A stretch of DNA of 64,000 nucleotides, taken from positions 6,410 to 70,409 of the forward strand of contig JABWCG010000001.1 in the NCBI GenBank assembly GCA_013359225.1, read 5' to 3'. A program made the translations under genes and the position numbers. Source of the DNA: Candidatus Buchananbacteria bacterium (GTDB taxonomy: Bacteria > Patescibacteriota > Patescibacteriia > Buchananbacterales > UBA6539). Positions within the stretch are counted from its first letter, which is position 1. Each line of letters opens with the position of its first letter. Under the pieces are notes generated by a model, which saw only the letters and a program-made list of their open reading frames with translations, was not told the origin of the DNA and made no database searches. Below are positions 29,324 to 37,655 of the stretch, piece after piece.

Positions 29324-29908
29324 ATGGCGATTCCTAAAACTACTAAAAAATACTTAGATCAGCGCTTGGCTAAGTATGATGAAATTGCTCATAAAACCGT
29401 TTATACGGCCTATGATGCGGCTCAAACGTTACGCCAGGAATTAAAGTCTATTGCTAAGAGTTTATTGATTGCGACTGATAAGGCATACATCATCGCGGTG
29501 GTGCCGGCCAATATGAGAATTGATCTTGGTAAACTTCGTTCGGCAGTTAGGGCAAAAAAAGTCAGTATTCCTTCAGAAAAAGTGATGGTAAAAGCGTTTC
29601 GGGTCAAGCCGGGGGCGATGACTGCATTTGGCGGTTTGCATAAGGTTGAAGTCTGGGCCGATAAAAGTTTGTTAAAAACTAAAGACATTATTATTTCGGC
29701 CGGTAATTTTACCGATTCAGTTCGGATGAAAGTTAAAGATTATCTTAAGCTTGAAGAGGCTAAATTGGCGAACTTCGCCAAGGCTGGTGGGTATAAGCTG
29801 CCAGCCAGACCAAAAACTAAGAAGTCAAAATCAGGAGTTAAGAAAACTAAAAAGAAGGCTTCTGGAAAAAAGAAATCAGCAAAAAAAATCAGCAAAAAAA
29901 GGAGATAG
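29324..29908 (+). CDS. YbaK/EbsC family aminoacyl-tRNA editing domain with Lys-rich tail
   Basis: H.TVYTA.DAA, IAKSLLI, PGAMTAFG; ~35-aa K-rich C-terminus. Confidence 0.8.
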   Translation: MAIPKTTKKYLDQRLAKYDEIAHKTVYTAYDAAQTLRQELKSIAKSLLIATDKAYIIAVVPANMRIDLGKLRSAVRAKKVSIPSEKVMVKAFRVKPGAMTAFGGLHKVEVWADKSLLKTKDIIISAGNFTDSVRMKVKDYLKLEEAKLANFAKAGGYKLPARPKTKKSKSGVKKTKKKASGKKKSAKKISKKRR

Positions 29909-29917
29909 GTTTTTACC

Positions 29918-30622
29918 ATGCATAAAGTCAAAGTTGAACAGTTTGAAGGCCCGCTCGATTTATTACTACAGTTGATTGAGCAGCAGAAGCTTGAAATTAC
30001 CAAGGTTTCCTTAGCACAGGTTACCGAGCAGTATATTCAGATTCTAAATCAGTCATCTCAAGACCAGATTAAGGCTGAAGAGTTGGCTGATTTTTTAGTG
30101 GTTGCTGCTCGACTACTGTTGATTAAGTCGAAAGCGTTGTTGCCGTTTTTACAATGGGATGAGGATGATGAAACTGAGGAATTAACGACCCAACTCCGGA
30201 TTTATAAAGAATATCTTGAGGCAACTAAGGCTATTCAGGCGATGATTGGGAAAAAGCGGTTTAGTTTTTCACGACAAAAACTATTAACTGCAGAAGAAAT
30301 CGGTTTTGCGCCGCCGATGAAATTAACTAAAGAAAAATTAGCTGATACTCTGCGTGACGTGATTAAGGCATTAAATCCATTTTTGAATTTACCGACCGAG
30401 GTGGTGCGTAAGACTATTAATATTCAAGAAAAAATTGCCCACATCCGGAGCAGAATTTTTCGTGAGGCGACCACAAAGTTTAGTGAAATTTTGAAAGAGG
30501 CAAAGGATCGCACAGAAGTAATTGTGACATTTTTGGCGCTGCTTGAATTAATTAAACAAAAAACAGTCAGTGCTCATCAGGTGAAAAATTTTGAGGATAT
30601 TGAAATTAGACGGCTGGATTAA
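29918..30622 (+). CDS. scpA: Segregation and condensation protein A
   Basis: FEGPLDLLLQLI and FLALLEL. Confidence 0.95.
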   Translation: MHKVKVEQFEGPLDLLLQLIEQQKLEITKVSLAQVTEQYIQILNQSSQDQIKAEELADFLVVAARLLLIKSKALLPFLQWDEDDETEELTTQLRIYKEYLEATKAIQAMIGKKRFSFSRQKLLTAEEIGFAPPMKLTKEKLADTLRDVIKALNPFLNLPTEVVRKTINIQEKIAHIRSRIFREATTKFSEILKEAKDRTEVIVTFLALLELIKQKTVSAHQVKNFEDIEIRRLD

Positions 30623-30627
30623 CCCGC

Positions 30628-31962
30628 ATGAAACAGCATAATCCGTATATTCTTGAAGGCAGTTTGGCTAAAGGAGTGATTAGTTTATCAACTCCTATTA
30701 TTTTTGCCATGTTTTTTCAGTCTTTGCTTAATATCGTTGATACTTTCTGGCTTGGCCAAGTGAGTTTTATAGCAGTGGCTGCTGTTTCAATTTCCTGGCC
30801 AATTATTTTTATTGTCATTGCGTTGGCAAGCGGCGCCAGTATTGGTGTGACCGCATTGGTGGCTCGGTATTATGGTGCCAAAGATTTAAAGACGGCAAAT
30901 ATAGTTGCACAAAATTCGGTGATTGCCGGTTTATTGCTGTCGGCAGGCATTACTATAAGCGGCTTGGCGGTATCGGCCTGGCTGTTTCGGTTTATAGGTG
31001 CAACCGGTGAAGTGTTTGATTTGGCCCTGCAGTATACAAACATTTTTTTCATCTCTTCAGTGTGCATGTTTATGAGTTTTATTTTCAGCTCAATTTTGCG
31101 CGGCGAAGGAGACACAACAACACCGATGAAAATTGGCATTGCTATTAACATAGTCAATATGGTGCTTGATCCGCTATTTATTCTCGGTTTTGGCTGGAGC
31201 GTTGCCGGTGCGGCTTTAGCAACTGCTTTGGCAAACGGTGTTAGCCTTTTGCTGTATGTAGTGTATTTAAAATCACATCCATGGCTTACCGTGATTAAAT
31301 ACCAAGGATTTAATTTTAATTTTGGATATATTAAAGAAATATTTTATATTGGTTTTCCGGCGTCGTTGCGAAATATTTCAAACGCGGTTGGTGTTTTTTT
31401 TACAGTCAAGATTATTGCAACTTATGGTGCAGCAGTTGTTGCCGCCTATGGCATTGGCTTTCGCGTCCAGAGCTTTGGGGTACTACCGGTGGTAGCTATT
31501 GCCACCGGTACAATTACGATGGTTGGCCAAAACCTTGGGGCGCAGAAATTACAACGAGCTAAGCTCAGCGGCTGGGTTAGTACCGGTATTGGCCTGATAA
31601 TCATGTCGGTGTTTGCTGGTCTGATATTTATTTTTTCTCGGTCAGTAATTGGTATTTTTAATCAGGAGCCTGAAGTCTTGGTGGTGGGGGGCGAGATGAT
31701 GAAAATTCAGGCACCGGGTTTTATTTTCGGTTCAGCAATCATGACGCTGTCGGCCGCATTTCAGGCTTTCGGCAAATCAATGTACTCTTTTATTAGCACG
31801 GTTTTACGCGTCATTTTATTAGTAATTTTAGCCTATTGGTGGAACAGTTTGTGGGGGTATGTCGGCGTGTGGTGGGCGGTAACTTTTTCCGGCTTGATTT
31901 CAGCTGTGGGGTTGGCTATTTGGTATTGGTGGTGGCAGCCGACAATGGCTGGAAAAAGCTAA
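30628..31962 (+). CDS. MATE family efflux transporter
   Basis: NIVDTFW, LRGEGDT..PM, NMVLDPLFI, GQNLGA. Confidence 0.93.
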   Translation: MKQHNPYILEGSLAKGVISLSTPIIFAMFFQSLLNIVDTFWLGQVSFIAVAAVSISWPIIFIVIALASGASIGVTALVARYYGAKDLKTANIVAQNSVIAGLLLSAGITISGLAVSAWLFRFIGATGEVFDLALQYTNIFFISSVCMFMSFIFSSILRGEGDTTTPMKIGIAINIVNMVLDPLFILGFGWSVAGAALATALANGVSLLLYVVYLKSHPWLTVIKYQGFNFNFGYIKEIFYIGFPASLRNISNAVGVFFTVKIIATYGAAVVAAYGIGFRVQSFGVLPVVAIATGTITMVGQNLGAQKLQRAKLSGWVSTGIGLIIMSVFAGLIFIFSRSVIGIFNQEPEVLVVGGEMMKIQAPGFIFGSAIMTLSAAFQAFGKSMYSFISTVLRVILLVILAYWWNSLWGYVGVWWAVTFSGLISAVGLAIWYWWWQPTMAGKS

Positions 31963-31986
31963 TAATATTTGCTATAGTCTAAACAT

Positions 31987-32553
31987 ATGTCCAGTCTAAA
32001 ATCAAAAATTGAAAGTTTGCTTTTCATCTCCAATACGCCGTTTAGTTTGAAGAAACTTGCCGACATTACCAAGGCCGATAAAGACCAGGTAAAACTGGCC
32101 GTGGATGAACTATTGGCCGAGTATGCTAATCGGGCCGGCGGCGTGATGATTCAAAAAATTGATGATAAGGTGCAAATGGCCACGGCCGGTGACAATGCTA
32201 AAATGGTCAAAGAATATATTAAAGAGGAAACGACCGGAGAATTGAGCCGAGCTGCTTTAGAAACCCTGACAATCGTCGCATATCGCGGGCCGATCAGCCG
32301 CTCGGAAATTGAGCAAATCAGAGGGGTTAACTGTGCGGTGATTTTACGCAATCTTTTAATGCGCGGCCTGGTTGAAAGCCGGGACGACAAAAAAAAGATG
32401 CAAAGTGTCTACAATATCACCTTTGATTTTTTGAAATTTTTGGGAGTTAATCAGCAATCACAGCTGCCTGATTACGACAAGCTCAATTCAGATGAAAATT
32501 TGCAAAAAATTATTGAGCAGGCTGAAGTTCAGCCGTCAGAAAATAGCGTATGA
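31987..32553 (+). CDS. scpB: Segregation and condensation protein B
   Basis: IESLLF and LSRAALETLTIVAYRGPISRSEIEQIRGV. Confidence 0.95.
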   Translation: MSSLKSKIESLLFISNTPFSLKKLADITKADKDQVKLAVDELLAEYANRAGGVMIQKIDDKVQMATAGDNAKMVKEYIKEETTGELSRAALETLTIVAYRGPISRSEIEQIRGVNCAVILRNLLMRGLVESRDDKKKMQSVYNITFDFLKFLGVNQQSQLPDYDKLNSDENLQKIIEQAEVQPSENSV

Positions 32554-33467
32554 TCAACCTGATTGCCAGTATTGTTTTAACAAGCCTGCTTTTTCCAGCG
32601 GGCTTTGACTTTTTTACCAGTCACGCAATTGACTATTCATATGTGAGCAATCACTCAGCGGTCCTTGACGCTCCGGTGCGGCTAGCGAATAACAGCTTTG
32701 GTTTAAAAACCACTGCTAAAAGTATTTTAGTCATCGACTCGAAATCGGGTGCGGCATTATACGATAAAAATTCTGCTGCAATAACGCCGATTGCCAGCAT
32801 TACCAAATTGTTGACGGCCTTGGTGGTGGTTGACCACCAGCCGGATTGGAATAAGGTTGTTGAAGTAAAGACCAAGGATCAGCGCGAGGGTGGGCAGGTG
32901 TACCTTTTGCCCGGCGAGCAAGTAACCACCAAAGACTTGTTTGCTATTATGCTGGTTGGTTCGGCCAACGAAGCAGCTCTGGCGTTGGCTGACAGTTTGG
33001 AACTTACTGACTTTGCCGCTGCCATGAACAGCAAGGCTGCGGAGTTGGGGATGATTAATAGCTATTTTGTTGAACCAAGCGGCATTGATCCGCGCAATAC
33101 GTCAACGGCCGCCGACCTATTAAAACTCGCAAACGCAGCGTTTAACAATCCGACGATTACTGAGGCATTAACCGCTCAGCGGTATGAGTTTACTGTTATA
33201 AACAACAACCGGCCCAGCGCGGCTAAAAGCACTAATCAGTTATTGAGCAGTTTTTTGAATCGCGATAGCTTTGATATTGTTGGTGCCAAAACCGGCTATT
33301 TGGATGAAGCCGGCTACTGTTTGGTGATGAAAATTAAAACTGCTGACAGCGTCGAATTGCTGGTGGCATTATTGGGAGCGCAAACGATTGATGATCGTTG
33401 GCAGGAGGCTAAGGGGCTGGTTGATTGGGTGCTAAACAACTATCAGTGGCCGTTAAATCAGTCTTGA
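32550..33467 (+). CDS. Peptidase S11 D-alanyl-D-alanine carboxypeptidase/endopeptidase
   Basis: SxxK (ASITK), SxN (SAN) and KTG motifs; N-terminal signal. Confidence 0.92.
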   Translation: MINLIASIVLTSLLFPAGFDFFTSHAIDYSYVSNHSAVLDAPVRLANNSFGLKTTAKSILVIDSKSGAALYDKNSAAITPIASITKLLTALVVVDHQPDWNKVVEVKTKDQREGGQVYLLPGEQVTTKDLFAIMLVGSANEAALALADSLELTDFAAAMNSKAAELGMINSYFVEPSGIDPRNTSTAADLLKLANAAFNNPTITEALTAQRYEFTVINNNRPSAAKSTNQLLSSFLNRDSFDIVGAKTGYLDEAGYCLVMKIKTADSVELLVALLGAQTIDDRWQEAKGLVDWVLNNYQWPLNQS

Positions 33468-33555
33468 ATTTTTCTTAGTTAAATTGTATAATATTAGCGC
33501 GACTTTTAATGGATAATTCAAATCGGCCGAGGCCGTATTTTTGCGTTTTTCATAG

Positions 33556-34320
33556 ATGAAAACTATGGGACAGTCAAAAAAAATTGTCATTGCAAACTGG
33601 AAAATGAAACTTGGCGTACCGCAGAGCGTGGACCTGGCCAAGGGCTTAAAAAATATTTCCGCAAACAATGTTGAGGTGGCGGTTTGCCCGTCGTTTGTCA
33701 GCTTGACTGAAGTGGCAAAGGTGCTTTCGGGCAGCGTGGTAAAGCTCGGCGCGCAAGACTGTTTTTGGGAAGCGTCCGGAGCGTATACCGGCGAAGTTTC
33801 CGCAAATTATTTACGGGAAGCGGGCTGTGAGTTTGTTATTATTGGGCACTCAGAGCGCCGGCAGTATTTGGCCGAGACTAATGAGATGGTTCATAAAAAA
33901 ATCAAAATGGCGTTGGCAGCAAATTTAATTCCTGTATTGTGTGTTGGCGAAACATTTGAACAGCGGCAAAACGGCGCCAAAGATTATGTGATTATTGAGC
34001 AGACGACTAAAGCCTTGGAAGGGCTTGAAGTCGGACCCGACCAGCGTGTGATTATCGCGTATGAACCGGTGTGGGTTATTGGTTCAGGACAGGCGATTGA
34101 TCCGCAAGAAGCGGCAGCGTCGCACCAGGTTATCCGGCAGAGTTTATTTGATATTTTCCCTGCGCCCAGCATTAATAACAATTTTTCAGTTATCTATGGC
34201 GGCAGTGTTGACGGCGAAAATATTTCTTACTTTACGGAACTGGAAAATATTGACGGCGTGCTGGTCGGCGGCGCCAGTCTTCAGGTTGAGGCATTTAAAT
34301 CAATTATCAAAAACGTTTGA
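33556..34320 (+). CDS. tpiA: Triosephosphate isomerase
   Basis: ANWKM, GHSERR, AYEPVW, YGGSV, LVGGASL; start may be 33565. Confidence 0.98.
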   Translation: MKTMGQSKKIVIANWKMKLGVPQSVDLAKGLKNISANNVEVAVCPSFVSLTEVAKVLSGSVVKLGAQDCFWEASGAYTGEVSANYLREAGCEFVIIGHSERRQYLAETNEMVHKKIKMALAANLIPVLCVGETFEQRQNGAKDYVIIEQTTKALEGLEVGPDQRVIIAYEPVWVIGSGQAIDPQEAAASHQVIRQSLFDIFPAPSINNNFSVIYGGSVDGENISYFTELENIDGVLVGGASLQVEAFKSIIKNV

Positions 34321-34379
34321 TACATTTAAGCCAGTAATTCGGCTCGCGTGACGCCGATTTATTAGTTTTTAAAACAAGT

Positions 34380-35234
34380 ATGATTATTTATATCATTCCC
34401 GCCATTATCATTGTTGTTAGCCTTGGGGCGATTATTTTTATGGTTTTTAAAAAATTGCCCGATTTGGCAATGATTGATGTTGAGACAATCGCTCAGGAAA
34501 AAGAAACTAGAGTTCGTAATCGCATTATGGCCGAACGACTGGTCCGCAGTTCGCTTAACCTAAAAAAGAATGTCGGCGTTTTGTTAAAACCGGTTGGTGA
34601 AAAAGTTAAAGAAGGTTCGGCCAAAATGTATCAAAAAATTCTGGAATTGGAAAAGAAAACAGTTTCTAGCAAACAGCCGCTGAAAAAAATTGATTTACAT
34701 CAGGAAACTCAAGATAAACTTGCGGAGGCGTCTCGTCTTCTTAAAGAAGGGGAGTTGGAGAAAGCTGAAGAAATCGGCATTGAAGCGATTGAACTTGATA
34801 ATCAAAATTTGGAAGCCTATGAACTACTGGTTGAAATCTATATTAAAAGCCGCGAGTACAAGAAAGCGCGGGAGACTGCCAAGTATCTGTTAAAATTATT
34901 TAACCAGCAAAAAGCCGCTGACGAAGGCAGCCTCCTGCGCCGCCGCTTGGCAAACTGCTATGGTGATCTGGGATATGTGTACGAGCTTGAACACCGATAT
35001 AGTTACGCGCTGACTAATTATCAGAAGGCGGTTGAGCTGGAGCCAAACAATCCGAGATTTCTTGACTTATTGATGAAAATCAGTATAATATTAAAGAATA
35101 AAAAATTGGCCCTTGAGGTCTTTTCTAGTTTAGAGCAGGCTGATCCGGAAAATGCAAAATTGCCGGAAATCAAGGAAGAAATTAACAATTTGCCGGAAAC
35201 GCAAAATACTGAACCCGAGGAAAATGCGGGGTAG
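34380..35234 (+). CDS. Membrane-anchored TPR protein
   Basis: N-terminal TM segment; TPR-like helices (YQKAVELEPNNPRFL). Confidence 0.8.
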   Translation: MIIYIIPAIIIVVSLGAIIFMVFKKLPDLAMIDVETIAQEKETRVRNRIMAERLVRSSLNLKKNVGVLLKPVGEKVKEGSAKMYQKILELEKKTVSSKQPLKKIDLHQETQDKLAEASRLLKEGELEKAEEIGIEAIELDNQNLEAYELLVEIYIKSREYKKARETAKYLLKLFNQQKAADEGSLLRRRLANCYGDLGYVYELEHRYSYALTNYQKAVELEPNNPRFLDLLMKISIILKNKKLALEVFSSLEQADPENAKLPEIKEEINNLPETQNTEPEENAG

Positions 35235-35253
35235 AATGAAACAGGGGTAATGT

Positions 35254-35329
<76 letters not shown>

Positions 35330-35340
35330 TTTAAAAAATT

Positions 35341-35426
35341 GGGTCGGTACTCAAGCGGTCAACGAGGGCAGACTGTAAATCTGCTGGCAATAGCCTACGG
35401 GGGTTCGAATCCCTCCCGGCCCACCA
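35341..35426 (+). tRNA. tRNA-Tyr(GTA)
   Basis: GCAGA-CT-GTA-AA-TCTGC; long variable arm; CCA. Confidence 0.97.
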
Positions 35427-35457
35427 CTAATAGTATCTTTAAGTAATTACCCAGCAA

Positions 35458-35533
35458 GCCAGCGTAGCTCAGCTGGTAGAGCAGCAGTTTTGTAAACTGT
35501 TGGTCGTGGGTTCGAATCCCTCCGCTGGCTCCA
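35458..35533 (+). tRNA. tRNA-Thr(TGT)
   Basis: GCAGT-TT-TGT-AA-ACTGT; CCA. Confidence 0.96.
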
Positions 35534-35574
35534 TTGGATTAAATAATTTAAAAACTAATAATTTAATAACTGCT

Positions 35575-35730
35575 ATGTCACAGGATAATCTGATCAAAAT
35601 GGAGTGTACCGTGTGCAAGAGAGTGAATTATTTTTCTCGAAAAAATAAAAAAACTCTAAAAGACAGAATGGAAATGAAGAAACACTGCAAGCACTGCAAA
35701 AAACACACCATGCACAAAGAAACCAAATAA
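35575..35730 (+). CDS. rpmG: 50S ribosomal protein bL33 (Cys-containing)
   Basis: ECTVCKRVNY...KKHCKHCKKHTMHKETK; ATG at 35575. Confidence 0.95.
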   Translation: MSQDNLIKMECTVCKRVNYFSRKNKKTLKDRMEMKKHCKHCKKHTMHKETK

Positions 35731-35781
35731 GTCCCGAATCCTTCCCGGGGCTTATTTGCCAAGGGGGTGTCTCCAAAATCT

Positions 35782-36033
35782 ATGTGGTATGTGTATCTGT
35801 TAAAAATTGATGGTGTAAAAGATAAAAATTTTTACATTGGTTATACGTCGGATTTATGGAAGCGCTTGAAAGAGCATACATCAGGAAACGTTAAAACCAC
35901 TAAAGGTAAAAGTCCAATGTTATTTTATTATGAGGCGTTTGCTGATAAATATTTAGCCTTAAAAAGAGAGCGAGGACTGAAAACTAGTGGTTCAGTTTAT
36001 AATTCTTTGATAAAGAGGCTTGGGCTAAAGTAA
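35782..36033 (+). CDS. Small GIY-YIG endonuclease
   Basis: YVYLL...FYIGYTSDL.KRLKEH and YYEAF...A.KRE..LK. Confidence 0.9.
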   Translation: MWYVYLLKIDGVKDKNFYIGYTSDLWKRLKEHTSGNVKTTKGKSPMLFYYEAFADKYLALKRERGLKTSGSVYNSLIKRLGLK

Positions 36034-36049
36034 TTTAATAGTAGTATAT

Positions 36050-36123
36050 GGGGGTGTCGTATAGTGGTAGTACAGCGGTCTCCAAAACCGTTAGCGTGGG
36101 TTCGATTCCTACCACCCCTGCCA
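36050..36123 (+). tRNA. tRNA-Trp(CCA)
   Basis: GCGGT-CT-CCA-AA-ACCGT; T-arm GGTTCGATTCC; CCA. Confidence 0.95.
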
Positions 36124-36211
36124 TGAATATAAAGTTTCAGGCGACCCACGTGGTTACTGAAATATTTAAACAAACAAAAATACGGATTAGCTTCCGTGTT
36201 TTTGTATTAAC

Positions 36212-36380
36212 TTACTTTACTAGTTTAAGCTTTTTGTCGGTTAGTATTAATTTACTTTTCAAATTTATCAGTAAATCTTTTTTATCGGAAATACTGCCAT
36301 TCTGTAGAAGATATTTAGTATACGTTTTAATATAAACTTTTTTACTTTAAACCTTTTGTTCTTCTTTACCAAGAATTGAA
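36212..36380 (-). pseudogene. 3' remnant of a probable large serine recombinase
   Basis: Minus strand reads SILGKEEQKV*SKKVYIKTYTKYLLQNGSISDKKDLLINLKSKLILTDKKLKLVK*, with an internal stop and no start. Resembles recalled C-termini of CPR tRNA-adjacent recombinases. Confidence 0.45.
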
Positions 36381-36398
36381 ACGTGTTCAGTGGTTTGC

Positions 36399-36427
36399 TT
36401 GACATAATTAACCATTTATGGTATAGT
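36399..36427 (+). promoter_or_regulatory. Sigma70-type promoter of the DGR-target-like gene
   Basis: TTGACA-17-TATAGT with TG extension; GCTCTTT just after the predicted start site. Confidence 0.65.
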
Positions 36428-36631
36428 TTATTATTCGCTCTTTTTAGCTATATATTTACTTGCAAAAGACATGTAGTCATAGCCAAAAGTCACCCAATTA
36501 TCAGATCTAAAATCGAGTTTAAAATGATCCTGTGTGTGGTTTCTGGCTATGACTACAATTCCGTAGTCCGCTAGCACAATCCCAAAATGGCAACGCAGTT
36601 CACAAGAACACAGTTGCACAGGAGATCTATC

Positions 36632-37234
36632 ATGGGCACGGAGCTCATGCTCGATGTCGGACAAGCCAACGAGATCAAACTCGCCGCCGTGCGCGCCGGT
36701 GCTACCAACACCGATCTCAAAAGACTTTCCGAGGGTGACATGTTCACCCGCATTTTGCCGGTTCTGCGAGGACTCGGCGAAGTGACCATCACCAAGTACA
36801 TCGTTGATCTGGACGCTGACCCGATGGTTTACCGTGACTGGAAAGTCGAAGAGCACATTAAGGGCGGTCAGTTCGAGTTTGACCAGGTTAAAGTCGGGCT
36901 ACATCTCGATGAAGAGCAGAAGGAAGGCGGCGTGATCATCGCCAATAAGCTTCGCGAGAAGCTCAAAGGCCAACCGGTCTACAACGCCAACCTACTGGAC
37001 TTCTACCTGGCCCACCCCAACCTTATCCCCGATGAATGGAAGGGCAAAGTCATCGTCTTCTGGGGAACGATTTACCGAAACTCGCGCGACCGGCTGCTTG
37101 TCCGTTGCCTCTTCTGTCTCAACGACAAGTGGAGCTGGATCTACCGTCAGCTTGATTGCGACCGCTTCGGCACCCCCGCCCCGGCTGCGGTTGCCGTTCG
37201 GCGGCGACGGCCAGGTCGCGGTTCCCGCAAGTAA
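36632..37234 (+). CDS. Putative DGR target protein with C-terminal variable region (end frameshifted by a duplication)
   Basis: SD AGGAG before ATG 36632. DLDADP, NANLLDF...P.LIPDEWKGK..FWGTIYR, then a W-x-W/NNC-codon-rich, A-poor C-terminus. Confidence 0.65.
   Translation: MGTELMLDVGQANEIKLAAVRAGATNTDLKRLSEGDMFTRILPVLRGLGEVTITKYIVDLDADPMVYRDWKVEEHIKGGQFEFDQVKVGLHLDEEQKEGGVIIANKLREKLKGQPVYNANLLDFYLAHPNLIPDEWKGKVIVFWGTIYRNSRDRLLVRCLFCLNDKWSWIYRQLDCDRFGTPAPAAVAVRRRRPGRGSRK
37166..37223 (+). repeat. 31-nt-period imperfect tandem duplication at the end of the variable region
   Basis: TTCGGC at 37166 and 37197; GCGGTT at 37187 and 37218; 19 of 27 positions identical. Confidence 0.7.
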
Positions 37235-37237
37235 CTG

Positions 37238-37295
37238 AGTCCTTACGGACTTAAGCACTTGGACTCTTGGTCTGAGAACTTAGTCCTTGGACTTG
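37238..37295 (+). repeat. Hairpin and short CTT(G/A)G(A/T)C(T/C) repeats downstream of the target gene
   Basis: AGTCC-ttac-GGACT stem, then CTTGGACT, CTTGGTCT, CTTAGTCC, CTTGGACT. Confidence 0.65.
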
Positions 37296-37301
37296 AATTC
37301 G

Positions 37302-37343
37302 TCGACCCGCACGGTTAACTCTGTTGCGGGTCGATTTCTTTTT
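37302..37343 (+). terminator. Intrinsic terminator
   Basis: TCGACCCGCA...TGCGGGTCGA followed by a T-run. Confidence 0.75.
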
Positions 37344-37655
37344 ATTTGATTTAAAAATTGCATTAGGCTTGCTATACTAAAATGGTATTAAGTGAATACG
37401 CCAGCGATTACGCTTCTCTGCCGAAGCCTTGACGGAGGCGGAGTTGCTGACTACCAAACCCAGTTACCATATCTCTCAGAGTATCTCCGACCACGGTTTG
37501 AGGTAGCGTAGAATATGAAGCTAAAAAAATAAAGTTACTTGGTATAGTGTACTGCCAAGAAAAGGCATATGAGGATGGCTATTTTAATCAGAAAAAATTC
37601 ATCCGGTGAAATTTAAAATATTTAAAACAAAATTTAAATAGTTAATACAGCTTAT

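Noticed and set aside
37238-37295. Short repeats considered as a CRISPR array
   Set aside because: The units are about 8 nt without unique 30-40-nt spacers, and there are no cas genes.
37416-37443. REP-like palindrome CTCTGCCGAAGCCTTGACGGAGGCGGAG
   Set aside because: Single copy in the window; cannot be supported as a repeat family without a genome-wide search.
37447-37470. Possible attR copy of the tRNA-Trp 3' end (CTACCAAACCCAG)
   Set aside because: Only about 6 contiguous matching bases; within chance.
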